A DNA stretch of 64,000 bases from Candidatus Woesebacteria bacterium GW2011_GWB1_33_38 (GTDB taxonomy: Bacteria; Patescibacteriota; Microgenomatia; UBA8517), in contig LBPF01000003.1 of NCBI GenBank assembly GCA_000990005.1, positions 7,479-71,478 on the forward strand, in the 5' to 3' direction. The notes below the pieces were generated by a model. It ran no database searches. It saw only the letters and a program-made list of their open reading frames with translations, and was not told the origin of the DNA. Shown here piece by piece: positions 48,481-58,121 of the stretch; the first letter of the stretch is position 1, and each line of letters begins with the position of its first letter. The position numbers and the translations under genes are program-made.

Positions 48481-50568
48481 TTGCATATGGCCAAGAGACA
48501 CAAAAGAAGAACAGACAAAAGGGCTTTTAAGTTAAAGCTTAAGCCTCAAACAATGGCTTCAATTGCCCAAGTTTTTTTCTTTGCAGTGGCATTTTTGATA
48601 ATAATATCTTTTTCCAGAAGGGGTCTAATCTTGTTTCGTTTTAATGACATGATGATGGAGATTTTTGGTTGGGCAACAGTTTTTTTACCCTTCATATTTC
48701 TATCTTTCTCTTTTCTGGTAAGTAAAATAAAATTACCTCTTTCTCAACCAAATGTAATAGTTGGCTCAATTTTAATTTTTTTATCCCTTGCTGGACTTGG
48801 CAAATCAGGAAATCTTGGCCTTATTTTTTGGGAAGGTGTTTCAACTTTAGTTACTCCAGCCGGAGCAATAATTATCTTTTTTGGAATTACTTTAACTGGA
48901 CTTATAATATTATTTAATACATCATTTGACCAAGTATTTAAAATTCTGAAAAACTTTTGGGGGACAATCAACCTTTATATCTTTGGTCAAAAATCTGCGG
49001 GAGGCGGAAGAATTTTACCTAGAAAAGATTTCAAGATTTCAGGTGCAACACCAGTCACTGTCCCCGTTATAAATATACCAAAACAAAAAGAGGTCTTAGA
49101 AGAAAAGTTAATCAGCAATATTAAGGGTGAGGATACTATTTGGAAATACCCATCAATTGATTTATTCTTTGGAGATCAAATTGGAAAAGTTGACAGGGGA
49201 GACATTAACGGGAACGCAGATATTATTGAAAAGACACTTGAATCATTTGGTATTACTGCAAATATTGTTGAAGTAAACTTAGGCCCTGCAGTTACCCAGT
49301 ATGCAATTCAAGTAGCACTTGGCACTAAGCTTTCTAAAATCACAGCTTTAGAGCGTGATTTGGCCTTAGCATTATCTGCCCCCACAGGTACAATTAGAAT
49401 TGAAGCGCCAATTCCTGGAAGAAACTTAGTCGGTATTGAACTTCCCAATAGGTCTCCTGAATTTGTACCGATAAAAAGAATTCTCGAGTCAGAAGAAATG
49501 ACAGGCAAAAAATCAAAACTGGCGGTTACTTTAGGGCTTGATGTTTCTGGAAAACCAGTTATAGCAGACTTAAATAAAATGCCACATGTTTTAATTGCTG
49601 GTCAAACGGGCTCTGGTAAATCAGTTTGTATCAATACATTTTTGGCATCAATTCTTTATAGAGCTAGCCCTTCCGAAGTTAAATTTATTATGGTTGATCC
49701 AAAAAGAGTTGAATTGACAGGTTATAATGACATTCCACATCTTTTGTCTCCTGTTATAGTTGAGACCGACAAAGTTCTTTCTGCCCTTCGCTGGCTTACT
49801 CGTGAAATGGACAGAAGATATGAGCTTTTTGAACGAGCTGGAGCTAGAAATATTGATTCGTATAATGAAATGAGTGGTTTTCAGGCCCTTCCATACATTG
49901 TTTTATTAATTGATGAACTGGCTGATGTTATGCTTCTTTCTCCAGTTGAAGTTGAAGATGCAATTACACGAATTGCCCAAATGAGCCGTGCAACTGGAAT
50001 ACACATGGTTCTTGCAACACAAAGACCGTCGGTTAATGTCATTACAGGGCTTATTAAAGCAAATATTCCTTGTCGTATTGCCTTTGCTGTTTCCTCCCAA
50101 GTTGATTCAAGGGTTATTATGGATACTCAAGGGGCTGAAAAACTACTAGGTAAAGGAGATATGCTTTATCTTCCCCCAGATCAAGCAAAACCTTCAAGAA
50201 TTCAGGGTGCGTTTGTTAATGATGCAGAAATTAAAAACTTAGTTAGTTTTGTTAAAAATCAAGGCGTACCAGTTCAGTATACCGAAGAAGTTACTACAAT
50301 GACTAAATCAGGTAAGCCAGCAGTTGCTGGAGTTATTGGAGATACAGATGATTTATTTAGTGAAGCTATTAAAGTTGTTTGTCAGTATGACAAAGCTTCA
50401 GCCTCGCTTCTTCAAAGAAGACTCTCGATTGGTTATGCACGAGCTGCTAGGGTTATGGACCAATTACAAGATGCTGGTGTTATTGCTCCATCAGATGGTT
50501 CATCTAAACCGCGAGAAGTACTCATTAAAAATGCAGACGATTTTTTAAATAGTATAGGCTCTAAATGA
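48481..50568 (+). CDS. ftsK: DNA translocase FtsK/SpoIIIE
   Basis: N-terminal TM helices; Walker A GQTGSGKS; LLIDELAD; C-terminal gamma winged helix. Confidence 0.9.
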   Translation: MHMAKRHKRRTDKRAFKLKLKPQTMASIAQVFFFAVAFLIIISFSRRGLILFRFNDMMMEIFGWATVFLPFIFLSFSFLVSKIKLPLSQPNVIVGSILIFLSLAGLGKSGNLGLIFWEGVSTLVTPAGAIIIFFGITLTGLIILFNTSFDQVFKILKNFWGTINLYIFGQKSAGGGRILPRKDFKISGATPVTVPVINIPKQKEVLEEKLISNIKGEDTIWKYPSIDLFFGDQIGKVDRGDINGNADIIEKTLESFGITANIVEVNLGPAVTQYAIQVALGTKLSKITALERDLALALSAPTGTIRIEAPIPGRNLVGIELPNRSPEFVPIKRILESEEMTGKKSKLAVTLGLDVSGKPVIADLNKMPHVLIAGQTGSGKSVCINTFLASILYRASPSEVKFIMVDPKRVELTGYNDIPHLLSPVIVETDKVLSALRWLTREMDRRYELFERAGARNIDSYNEMSGFQALPYIVLLIDELADVMLLSPVEVEDAITRIAQMSRATGIHMVLATQRPSVNVITGLIKANIPCRIAFAVSSQVDSRVIMDTQGAEKLLGKGDMLYLPPDQAKPSRIQGAFVNDAEIKNLVSFVKNQGVPVQYTEEVTTMTKSGKPAVAGVIGDTDDLFSEAIKVVCQYDKASASLLQRRLSIGYARAARVMDQLQDAGVIAPSDGSSKPREVLIKNADDFLNSIGSK

Positions 50569-51185
50569 ACACAGTTGGCCAAACTTTAAAAACGGCTCGT
50601 TTAAAGAAAGGTGTTTCTTTAATTAAACTTGAGAATTTAACAAAAATTAAAAGAGAATTTATTTCAAAAATTGAAGATAACGATTGGGATAATTTGCCAG
50701 AATTTCCTGTAGTTTCTGGGTTTGTTAAAAATATAGCAAGTGCGTTAGGCATTTCTACGGGTAATACAAATGCAATACTAAGGAGAGATTATTCTCCTAA
50801 AAAATTAGCTATTAATCCCACTCCCGATGTGGGAAGTAAATTTGTTTGGTCTCCAAAACTAACTTTTGTTGTTGGAATTAGCTTCTTACTTATTTTGGTT
50901 TTGGGATATTTGGGATTTGAATATATAAAATTTATAAAACCACCAGGACTTATTATTTTAACTCCAGTAGAAAATGAGAAGGTTTTACAAACAAAAATAA
51001 AGATTGAAGGTAAGTCGGTTACAGATGCAACCTTAACAGTTAATAATCAATTAATAATTATAGACCAAGATGGGAAGTTTAAATCGGAAATTGAAATTAC
51101 CAAAGACACCAAAGAATTAATATTTATTGTGGTTTCAAGATCTGGTAAGAAGACTGAAAAAGTTATTAAAATAGCTGTAGAATAA
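50565..51185 (+). CDS. RodZ-like HTH membrane protein
   Basis: N-terminal XRE-type HTH (LKTARLKKGVSLIKLENLTKI), single TM, C-terminal beta-rich domain. Confidence 0.5.
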   Translation: MNTVGQTLKTARLKKGVSLIKLENLTKIKREFISKIEDNDWDNLPEFPVVSGFVKNIASALGISTGNTNAILRRDYSPKKLAINPTPDVGSKFVWSPKLTFVVGISFLLILVLGYLGFEYIKFIKPPGLIILTPVENEKVLQTKIKIEGKSVTDATLTVNNQLIIIDQDGKFKSEIEITKDTKELIFIVVSRSGKKTEKVIKIAVE

Positions 51186-51189
51186 TAAT

Positions 51190-51426
51190 ATGGATGGAGT
51201 TCAAAGACTTTTAGTAATTGTAGTTATAACCTTAACAGTTCTTCTTGTCATTGTCGGTGTTCAGGTTGTTTTTATTATTTTAGATCTTAGAAAATCAGTA
51301 AAAAGATTAAATTCAATTTTAGAAGATTCAATTTTAGGTGGAGGATTAATAAGACCAGAGCGCTTAACAGGAATTGCTGAAATGTTTAAGAAAGATAAAA
51401 GTATTACCACCCACGGACAAGAATAA
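51190..51426 (+). CDS. small membrane protein; its last 16 nt are duplicated at 51984-51999
   Basis: 78 aa, N-terminal TM. Confidence 0.35.
   Translation: MDGVQRLLVIVVITLTVLLVIVGVQVVFIILDLRKSVKRLNSILEDSILGGGLIRPERLTGIAEMFKKDKSITTHGQE
51406..51421. repeat. left copy of the 16-nt direct repeat ACCACCCACGGACAAG flanking the RelE/Phd cassette
   Basis: Perfect match to 51984-51999. Confidence 0.85.
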
Positions 51427-51428
51427 AG

Positions 51429-51686
51429 CTAGTGTTTATAGGCCCCCTGTCGATGTTGGATTTTATGTACGATAATTATGTTTCTTTTTTTATCAAACTC
51501 GTAAATTATTCTGTATGGCCAAGCACGAACAGAATAAAACGATTTTAACTCTCCAGTTAGGGGCTTTCCAAGTAGAGGACTTTTCTCAATAGCCCTTAAT
51601 TTCTTTAACACTTTCTTTTTTTCGACTTTTGGAAGTTTTGCAAATTCTTTTTCAGAATTTTTAGTTAAGAGCATATTTTTTCTCAA
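51429..51686 (-). CDS. RelE/ParE-family toxin
   Basis: KSFYSVRAWPYRIIYEFDKKRNIIIVHKIQHRQ. Confidence 0.7.
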   Translation of the reverse strand: MRKNMLLTKNSEKEFAKLPKVEKKKVLKKLRAIEKSPLLGKPLTGELKSFYSVRAWPYRIIYEFDKKRNIIIVHKIQHRQGAYKH

Positions 51687-51861
51687 TCTCTTCTAAAGTT
51701 ATAAAATTTCCCTTTTTGTAATCCTCTCTAGATTTTTTAATATCGGTCATTAAATTTTTATCTGTCAAAATATCCAAAGTTTCTTCCCAAGCCTCCACAT
51801 CTTCAATAGGCATAACAACAGCTTTTGTTTTTCCACGATGGGTGATTACAAAACGACGCAA
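51661..51861 (-). CDS. Phd/YefM antitoxin; a conserved N-terminus continues to about 51903 with no canonical start codon
   Basis: ITHRGKTKAVVMPIEDVEAWEETLDIL; the upstream in-frame TIPANIARANFYQILEEV segment is also YefM-like but lacks ATG/GTG/TTG. Confidence 0.55.
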   Translation of the reverse strand: MRRFVITHRGKTKAVVMPIEDVEAWEETLDILTDKNLMTDIKKSREDYKKGNFITLEEIEKKYALN

Positions 51862-51983
51862 GTTATTTCCAACTTCTTCAAGTATTTGATAGAAGTTAGC
51901 TCTGGCTATGTTTGCTGGTATTGTTCCTGCTAATACGTTTATGTTTAAATAGTACTACTACTCGTACCACTTGTCAATACCTG

Positions 51984-51999
51984 ACCACCCACGGACAAG
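51984..51999. repeat. right copy of the 16-nt direct repeat; in frame it would encode THGQGE*, resembling the gene end at 51409-51426
   Basis: Perfect match to 51406-51421; a promoter TTGACA-17-TACTAT for the antitoxin lies immediately inside on the minus strand. Confidence 0.85.
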
Positions 52000-52226
52000 G
52001 GGAATAATCTTTATTAAAACCAACCTTCTTTAGTATTTCTATTGCGCATTTTAGCTAAGTCTTTAAGCAACGGTTTTTCCAGTGGAGCAAGTTGTTTTTG
52101 GTGTTCATCAAAACTTATTTCCTCTCTTTGGTATTGGCCTAGAAGTGCGTCTTTTATCTTGTTTGGTTGATCATTCATTATCTTTTGATAATACTACTAA
52201 TAATTATCAATTTCTAGCTGTATAAT

Positions 52227-53945
52227 TTGGCCACAATGATAACTTCTAATGAGGTTAGAGAAAAATACTTAAAGTTTTTTGAAAAAAGAGGGCATGTGAT
52301 TATTCCCCCTGCTCCTTTGGTTTTAGAAAATGATCCAACCACCCTTTTCACCTCAAGTGGTATGCAACCACTAGTTCCATATTTGATGGGTAAAAAACAT
52401 GAATTAGGAACAAGACTTGTTGATTCACAACCTTCTGTTCGTGCTCAAGGTAAAAATGATGATATTTTAGAGGTTGGTGATAGCCGCCATTTAACATATT
52501 TTGAAATGTTGGGCAATTGGAGTTTGGGTGATTATTTTAAAGAAAAACAACTTCCATGGATTTGGGAATTTTATACAAATGAATTGAAAATACCCAAAGC
52601 TAAGTTATATGTAACTCTTTTTGAGGGAGATAAATCAGTTGAGAAGGACCTTGTTTCATATCAGATTTGGAAAGATTTGGGAGTTGATGACGATCATATA
52701 TTTTATTATGGAGTGAAAAAGAATTGGTGGAGTAGGAGCGGAACCCCGGACGAGATGCCTGAGGGCGAAATTGGAGGACCAACATCAGAAGTGTTTTATG
52801 AATTTACACAGACTCCTCACAATAAAAAATTTGGTGATAAGTGCCATCCTAATTGTGATTGCGGAAGATTTTTAGAAATTGGGAACAATGTTTTTATGTT
52901 GTACAAAAAATCAAAAAGCAAACTGAAAGAACTTCCTCAAAAAAATGTAGATTTTGGTGGGGGTTTGGAAAGAATTGTTGCTGCGGCGAACGATGATCCG
53001 GATATATTTAAAATTGATTTATACTGGCCGACTATTGAGAAGGTGCAGAAAGCTTTTAATATGAAATATCTGGAGAATCAAAAAACAATGCAGATAATTG
53101 CAGATCACTTGAGGTCATCTGAAGCCTTGATAAATAACGGTGTTGTTCCCTCCAATAAAATGCATGGATATATCTTAAGAAGATTAATTAGAAGAATCGC
53201 AATAAAGTTGCCTGAATTTGAGAAAATAACTGACAATCCAGTTATTCTAGAGGAATTAAAAAAGTTTAAAGTAAGTCTTGATAAAGGCTTAAAAGAGATT
53301 AAAAAAGTTGAAAAGATAACTGGTAAAATAGCCTTTGATTTATATCAATCATACGGCTTCCCTCTTGAGTTGACCATTGAACTGTTTGAAGAAAAAGGCC
53401 AAAAGGTTGATTTGGAAGAGTTTAGAACAGAGTTTGATAGACATAAAGAAGCCTCAAGAAGTCTGTCGACCGGCATATTTAAAGGAGGTCTTGTGGATCG
53501 TGGCGAGGAAACAACAAAGCTTCATACACTTACCCATTTATTGCATGCAAGTTTAAGGAAAATCTTAGGTGATACTGTTTCTCAAAAAGGAAGTCACATA
53601 ACGCACGAGAGGTTAAGATTTGATTTTTCATATCCAGAAAAATTAACTGATATACAAGTTAAAAAAGTAATCGATCTAATAAACGAACAAATAGATAAAA
53701 ATTTACCTGTAACTTTTGAAGAAAAAACTCCTGATGAAGCCATCAAAGAAGGCGCTTTACATTTTTTTGTTGAAAAATATGGTGAGAAGGTAAAAATGTA
53801 CTCTATCGGTGACTTTAGTCGAGAGATTTGCGGTGGACCGCATGTAACTAACACAATCCTTTTAAGGCATGCTAAAATGATTAAGCAGGAGAAAATAGGG
53901 TCAGGAGTTATACGAATATATGTTAGATTTTTTGAAAAAAAATGA
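52227..53945 (+). CDS. alaS: alanyl-tRNA synthetase (short form, with editing-domain HxxxH motif)
   Basis: FTSSGMQP, GDSRHLTYFEMLGNWSLGDYFK, HTLTHLLHASLR, GGPHV. Confidence 0.85.
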   Translation: MATMITSNEVREKYLKFFEKRGHVIIPPAPLVLENDPTTLFTSSGMQPLVPYLMGKKHELGTRLVDSQPSVRAQGKNDDILEVGDSRHLTYFEMLGNWSLGDYFKEKQLPWIWEFYTNELKIPKAKLYVTLFEGDKSVEKDLVSYQIWKDLGVDDDHIFYYGVKKNWWSRSGTPDEMPEGEIGGPTSEVFYEFTQTPHNKKFGDKCHPNCDCGRFLEIGNNVFMLYKKSKSKLKELPQKNVDFGGGLERIVAAANDDPDIFKIDLYWPTIEKVQKAFNMKYLENQKTMQIIADHLRSSEALINNGVVPSNKMHGYILRRLIRRIAIKLPEFEKITDNPVILEELKKFKVSLDKGLKEIKKVEKITGKIAFDLYQSYGFPLELTIELFEEKGQKVDLEEFRTEFDRHKEASRSLSTGIFKGGLVDRGEETTKLHTLTHLLHASLRKILGDTVSQKGSHITHERLRFDFSYPEKLTDIQVKKVIDLINEQIDKNLPVTFEEKTPDEAIKEGALHFFVEKYGEKVKMYSIGDFSREICGGPHVTNTILLRHAKMIKQEKIGSGVIRIYVRFFEKK

Positions 53946-55923
53946 GGAAGAGAGAGAAAATTATTGGTCAATACTGATTGAAAACCAGTGGATTACTTCT
54001 GCAATTTGGCAAATTAAAGGTGGAAAAGTTGAAATTGTTGCTTCTTCGCCAGGTACTCGTTGGGAGGGAGATTTGAGTGAGGCTGTTGATGCTACTTTAT
54101 CAAGTTGTACACAAAGTTTACCTGACGATTTTCCAGATCCATCAAAAACCGTCTTTGGTGTATCTTCTTCTTGGATACAAGATGGGAATATTAAAGAAGA
54201 ATATCTACTTAAATTAAAGAAAATCTGTGGCGATCTTTCATTGGTTCCCTCTGGCTTCGTTGTTTTATCAGAGGCTATTTCTCACTTTATTAAAAACAAA
54301 GAACAAACCCTTTTTTCAGGTATAACTTTAGGTGTAAGTGATCAAAGTTTAGATATATCTGTTTTTGATTTGGGAAAACTCGTTGGTACAACAATAGTTT
54401 CAAGAAGTATCTTAGTGTCTGATGACTTACTCGAGGGTTTAAGTAGATTAACTACTAGCTCACACAATTTTCCACCCAGAATTGTTCTATATAATCAAAA
54501 GGAAACTGAATTAGAGGAGATTAAAGGTGGTTTAAATGAAATTGACTGGGAAAAAGTTGAAACTTTGAAATTTCTTCACGCCCCCACCGTGGAAATACTT
54601 GATCCCAGTGATAAAATCTTGGCTGTTTCACTTGCTGGTGGATCAGAAATAAGTCAGGTAGATGGTATAGAAAATATGCCCGAGGATGAAATCAGAAATG
54701 TTAGTGAGCTTGAAGGTGTTACCGCAGAAGATTTAGGTTTTGTAGTAGACACACCAAATAATCCCAAAATTAGTTTACCTAAATTTAATATTAAATTACC
54801 TAAATTACCTCGGATGAACCTTTCTTTTTCTAGTAAACCATTCATTTTTGGCGGAATATCATTTTTTATAGTTTTTGTGCTGTGTTTCTTGGTTTGGTGG
54901 TTTTTGCCCAAAGCAACAGTGACTATATTTGTTGCTCCTAAAAAACTTGAAAACAATGTAACTATCAATTTGGGTAGTGATTTGTCAGGGGATACAATTG
55001 ATACTTCAGTATCTGGTGAAAAAACTAAATCAACAACTGGAACTAAAACTGTAGGAGAAAAAGCTAAGGGACAAGTAAAAGTTCAAAATGGCACAGCTTT
55101 TCCTATAAATTTAACTGCCGGCACAATACTTCTTTCTTCATCAGATATAAAGTTCGTAACAGCCAAGCAAGCGTCTATTTCAGGTGCGTTGTCTCCAAGT
55201 GATCCTGGTACAACAGTTCTAGACGTTGAAGCTTATGGCATTGGTTCTGAATTTAACTTAGCTAAAGATGAAATACTTAAAGTCGGTAGCTACCCGAAAG
55301 CCGAAGTGGACGCTACAATTACAGCCAACTTTACTGGAGGATCAAGTCGTCAGATATCGGCCGTTTCTGATGATGATAGAAAAAAATTGTTGATAGAATT
55401 GACAGAAGAATTAACAAACCAGGCTAAAACTAAATTAGTGGGACAACTTTCTAGCGAAAAGATGATCGTTGATTCGACAATTATTTTTGAGAGCGAAGAA
55501 GAGGATTTTAGTAATAAAGTTGGAGATGAAGCAACAACTGTAAAATTATCATTGAATTTAAAGTTCATTGCTATTGCCATATCAAAGAGTGATCTAACCG
55601 ATATTTCTAAAAAGACACTAACAGAAAGGATTCCGTCAGGATTCGTCTTAAGAGATGATCAAATATCGTATGTATTTGTAGGCGAAGAAGAAAAGGATAG
55701 TATCACTGTTAAAATTACTGCCAATTTATTGCCTAGTATAAATACAGATGATATAGCTAAAAAGATTGCAGGCAGGTACCCAATAGTCGCAGAGGAATAT
55801 TTACAAAATGTGCCAGGTTTTACTAATGCTGAATTTCGTCTATCCCCACTTCTTAGAGGAAAACTAGCAACATTGCCACATGTAGCCAATAATATTGAGG
55901 TTATACTATCTTCAGAACAATGA
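53920..55923 (+). CDS. bitopic membrane protein with an N-terminal cytoplasmic domain (possibly a degenerate actin-like FtsA/PilM fold) and a large extracytoplasmic domain
   Basis: TM helix about 300 aa in; LGVSDQSLDISVFD resembles the actin-fold phosphate-2 loop. Coupled to the sortase gene. Confidence 0.35.
   Translation: MLDFLKKNEEERENYWSILIENQWITSAIWQIKGGKVEIVASSPGTRWEGDLSEAVDATLSSCTQSLPDDFPDPSKTVFGVSSSWIQDGNIKEEYLLKLKKICGDLSLVPSGFVVLSEAISHFIKNKEQTLFSGITLGVSDQSLDISVFDLGKLVGTTIVSRSILVSDDLLEGLSRLTTSSHNFPPRIVLYNQKETELEEIKGGLNEIDWEKVETLKFLHAPTVEILDPSDKILAVSLAGGSEISQVDGIENMPEDEIRNVSELEGVTAEDLGFVVDTPNNPKISLPKFNIKLPKLPRMNLSFSSKPFIFGGISFFIVFVLCFLVWWFLPKATVTIFVAPKKLENNVTINLGSDLSGDTIDTSVSGEKTKSTTGTKTVGEKAKGQVKVQNGTAFPINLTAGTILLSSSDIKFVTAKQASISGALSPSDPGTTVLDVEAYGIGSEFNLAKDEILKVGSYPKAEVDATITANFTGGSSRQISAVSDDDRKKLLIELTEELTNQAKTKLVGQLSSEKMIVDSTIIFESEEEDFSNKVGDEATTVKLSLNLKFIAIAISKSDLTDISKKTLTERIPSGFVLRDDQISYVFVGEEEKDSITVKITANLLPSINTDDIAKKIAGRYPIVAEEYLQNVPGFTNAEFRLSPLLRGKLATLPHVANNIEVILSSEQ
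55768..55777. repeat. half-site GCAGGCAGGT of the CCTGCCTG/CAGGCAGG palindrome family (encodes AGRY)
   Basis: Right arm only. Confidence 0.5.
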
Positions 55924-56576
55924 GGAATTTAGATAATCGCAAAAAGCGAAATATTATTAAGACTTCTGCTTTTATATCGGGTATATCAGGACTTGTGATT
56001 TTAGTTTCTACTATCTGGCCGATTATAAGTTATCAGTTAACAGAAGGGAGTCGATATAAGACACTTTTAACTCCACTGGTCTTAGATAAAGATTTTACTA
56101 AAGCTTCAAACTGGTTTCCTGAGGCTTCTAAAAATAAAGATTTTGGTAGTTCTAAAGTTTCCTTTTACACAATTTCTATTCCCAAGTTAAAAATTCAAGG
56201 TGCGGTTGTAGCTATTGGCGGAGAAGATTTGACAAAACACCTAATTCAATACCCAGGAACAGCATTACCTGGTAAAAATGGAAATGCAGTTATCTTTGGA
56301 CACTCAGTTCTTCCCATTTTCTATAATCCTAAAAGTTATACTGCTATTTTTTCAACTCTGCCAACGCTTGAAGAAGGTGATGATGTTTTTATTGAATATG
56401 ACGGTATTTCATATAAGTTTAGAGTTGAGGAATTATTTGAAATATATCCCACAGATATTCAGATTCTTGAACAAAATTCCACAGATTCATTTATAACCTT
56501 GGTTACCTGTGTTCCACCTGGAGACCCTAGAAACCCAAAAAGATTAATTGTCAGAGCCAGAGTGGTATCATCATAA
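55920..56576 (+). CDS. sortase (transpeptidase)
   Basis: N-terminal TM; catalytic His (AVIFGHSV), Cys (ITLVTCVPPG) and Arg (RLIVRARV). Confidence 0.75.
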   Translation: MRNLDNRKKRNIIKTSAFISGISGLVILVSTIWPIISYQLTEGSRYKTLLTPLVLDKDFTKASNWFPEASKNKDFGSSKVSFYTISIPKLKIQGAVVAIGGEDLTKHLIQYPGTALPGKNGNAVIFGHSVLPIFYNPKSYTAIFSTLPTLEEGDDVFIEYDGISYKFRVEELFEIYPTDIQILEQNSTDSFITLVTCVPPGDPRNPKRLIVRARVVSS

Positions 56577-56577
56577 T

Positions 56578-56943
56578 ATGAAATATTTAGGGATAGATTA
56601 TGGAAGAAAGAAAATAGGCCTAGCAATCTCTGAAGGTAAATTGGCAGAGCCAATGAAAGTGATTAGATACAAGGATATAAAGTTATTGGTGCAACAAATA
56701 AAACAAATAATCCAAAAAGAAAATATAGAAATAATAGTTGTTGGAATATCGGAGGGAGAAATGGCTGAAGAGTCTAAAAAATTTGCAAAAGAAATTGGCG
56801 CAGAAGTTTTTGACGAGACATTAACTTCCCAAGATGCTATTTCACTCTCAATACAAGCAGGTACAGGAAGAAAAAAGAGAAAAAAGATGGAAGATGCTTA
56901 TGCTGCGACCATTATGCTTCAAAATTATTTAGATAGCCGATAA
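56578..56943 (+). CDS. ruvX: Holliday-junction resolvase-like RuvX/YqgF
   Basis: YLGIDYGRKKIGLAIS...IVVGIS...DETLTSQDA...YAATIMLQNYLD. Confidence 0.8.
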   Translation: MKYLGIDYGRKKIGLAISEGKLAEPMKVIRYKDIKLLVQQIKQIIQKENIEIIVVGISEGEMAEESKKFAKEIGAEVFDETLTSQDAISLSIQAGTGRKKRKKMEDAYAATIMLQNYLDSR

Positions 56944-56989
56944 TTTCTGTCGGTTGACGAATCGGTTTTAATGGTATAATTTAACGAGT

Positions 56990-57187
56990 ATGTTTAAAAA
57001 TGTAATTGCACCAATACAAGCATGGCTCATGAGTCAGGGAAAGTGTGTTGGTTGTGGAATGTTGTTGAATAAAGCAAAACGTAAATCTCATAAATATGGT
57101 GAAAAAGTAACTTGTAAGTGTGAAAGAATTTATATTTTTAACCTTAAAGATAAAAAATATAGAAGAGCGCTTCTAGATGAAGTCTAA
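56990..57187 (+). CDS. small zinc-ribbon protein
   Basis: CVGCG...CKCE. Confidence 0.35.
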   Translation: MFKNVIAPIQAWLMSQGKCVGCGMLLNKAKRKSHKYGEKVTCKCERIYIFNLKDKKYRRALLDEV

Positions 57188-58101
57188 TGAAGAAAGCATT
57201 ATTGTTTATAGTATTTCTGATTTTAATTTTTATTGGACTTTCATTTTATTTAAAAAGTTTATTTTTGCCTGTCTTAAACGACAATAAAACTGTTGATTTT
57301 TTAATAACCAAAGGGTCATCAGTTGCACAGATTGGTAATAAGCTTGAATCATCAGGATTAATTAAAAGTGGAATAGTTTTTAAATTTTATGTACAGCTAA
57401 GTAATTCACAAAGTAAAATTCAAGCCGGCGAGTTTCAACTGTCTCAAAACTTATCATTGATTCAAATTTTAGACCAACTTAAAAAAGGCCCAAAAGAGAT
57501 TTGGGTAACAATACCCGAAGGGTTGAGAAAAGAAGAAGTAGCCTTAAAATTTGCCAGTACGCTAGGAAAAGATAGTGAGTTTATCAAAGAATTTCTAAAT
57601 TTAACGGCTGGTAAAGAAGGATATTTATTTCCTGACACATATTTATTTCCGAAATCAGCAACAGCTACTCAAATTGTCAATAAATTGACCTCAACTTTTG
57701 ATAAAAAAATTGGAGATATTACATTCGAACAAGTCATAGTAGCATCTTTACTTGAAAGAGAAACATTTTCTGATTTTGAAAAACCAATTGTTGCTGGTAT
57801 TATAGACAAAAGACTTAAAAATGATTGGCCCTTGCAAATTGACGCTACACTTCAGTATGCAAAGGGTAATTGGGAACCTGTATATTCAAAAGATAAAGAA
57901 ATAAAGTCACCATTTAATACATACAAAAATTTAGGCCTTCCACCATCACCCATTGCCAGTGCAGGACTTTCTTCTTTGAAAGCCGCAATTAATCCTGAAG
58001 AAAGTGATTATTGGTATTATATTCATGATAATACCGGCAAAATCCATTTTGCCAGAACTTTAAAAGAACACAATGAAAATATACAAAAGTATCTGAATTA
58101 A
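57187..58101 (+). CDS. mltG: endolytic murein transglycosylase MltG (YceG)
   Basis: N-terminal TM; IQAGEF; VTIPEGL; EGYLFPDTYLF; SLLERET; LQIDATLQY; SPFNTYKNLGLPPSPIAS. Confidence 0.85.
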   Translation: MKKALLFIVFLILIFIGLSFYLKSLFLPVLNDNKTVDFLITKGSSVAQIGNKLESSGLIKSGIVFKFYVQLSNSQSKIQAGEFQLSQNLSLIQILDQLKKGPKEIWVTIPEGLRKEEVALKFASTLGKDSEFIKEFLNLTAGKEGYLFPDTYLFPKSATATQIVNKLTSTFDKKIGDITFEQVIVASLLERETFSDFEKPIVAGIIDKRLKNDWPLQIDATLQYAKGNWEPVYSKDKEIKSPFNTYKNLGLPPSPIASAGLSSLKAAINPEESDYWYYIHDNTGKIHFARTLKEHNENIQKYLN

Positions 58102-58121
58102 TATATAATTTTCTTATTGTC

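Noticed and set aside
52014-52178. 54-aa minus-strand ORF just outside the TA-cassette repeat (MNDQPNKIKDALLGQYQREE...)
   Set aside because: No recognisable family and below the ORF-track threshold. Possibly a small antitoxin-like protein, but unsupported.
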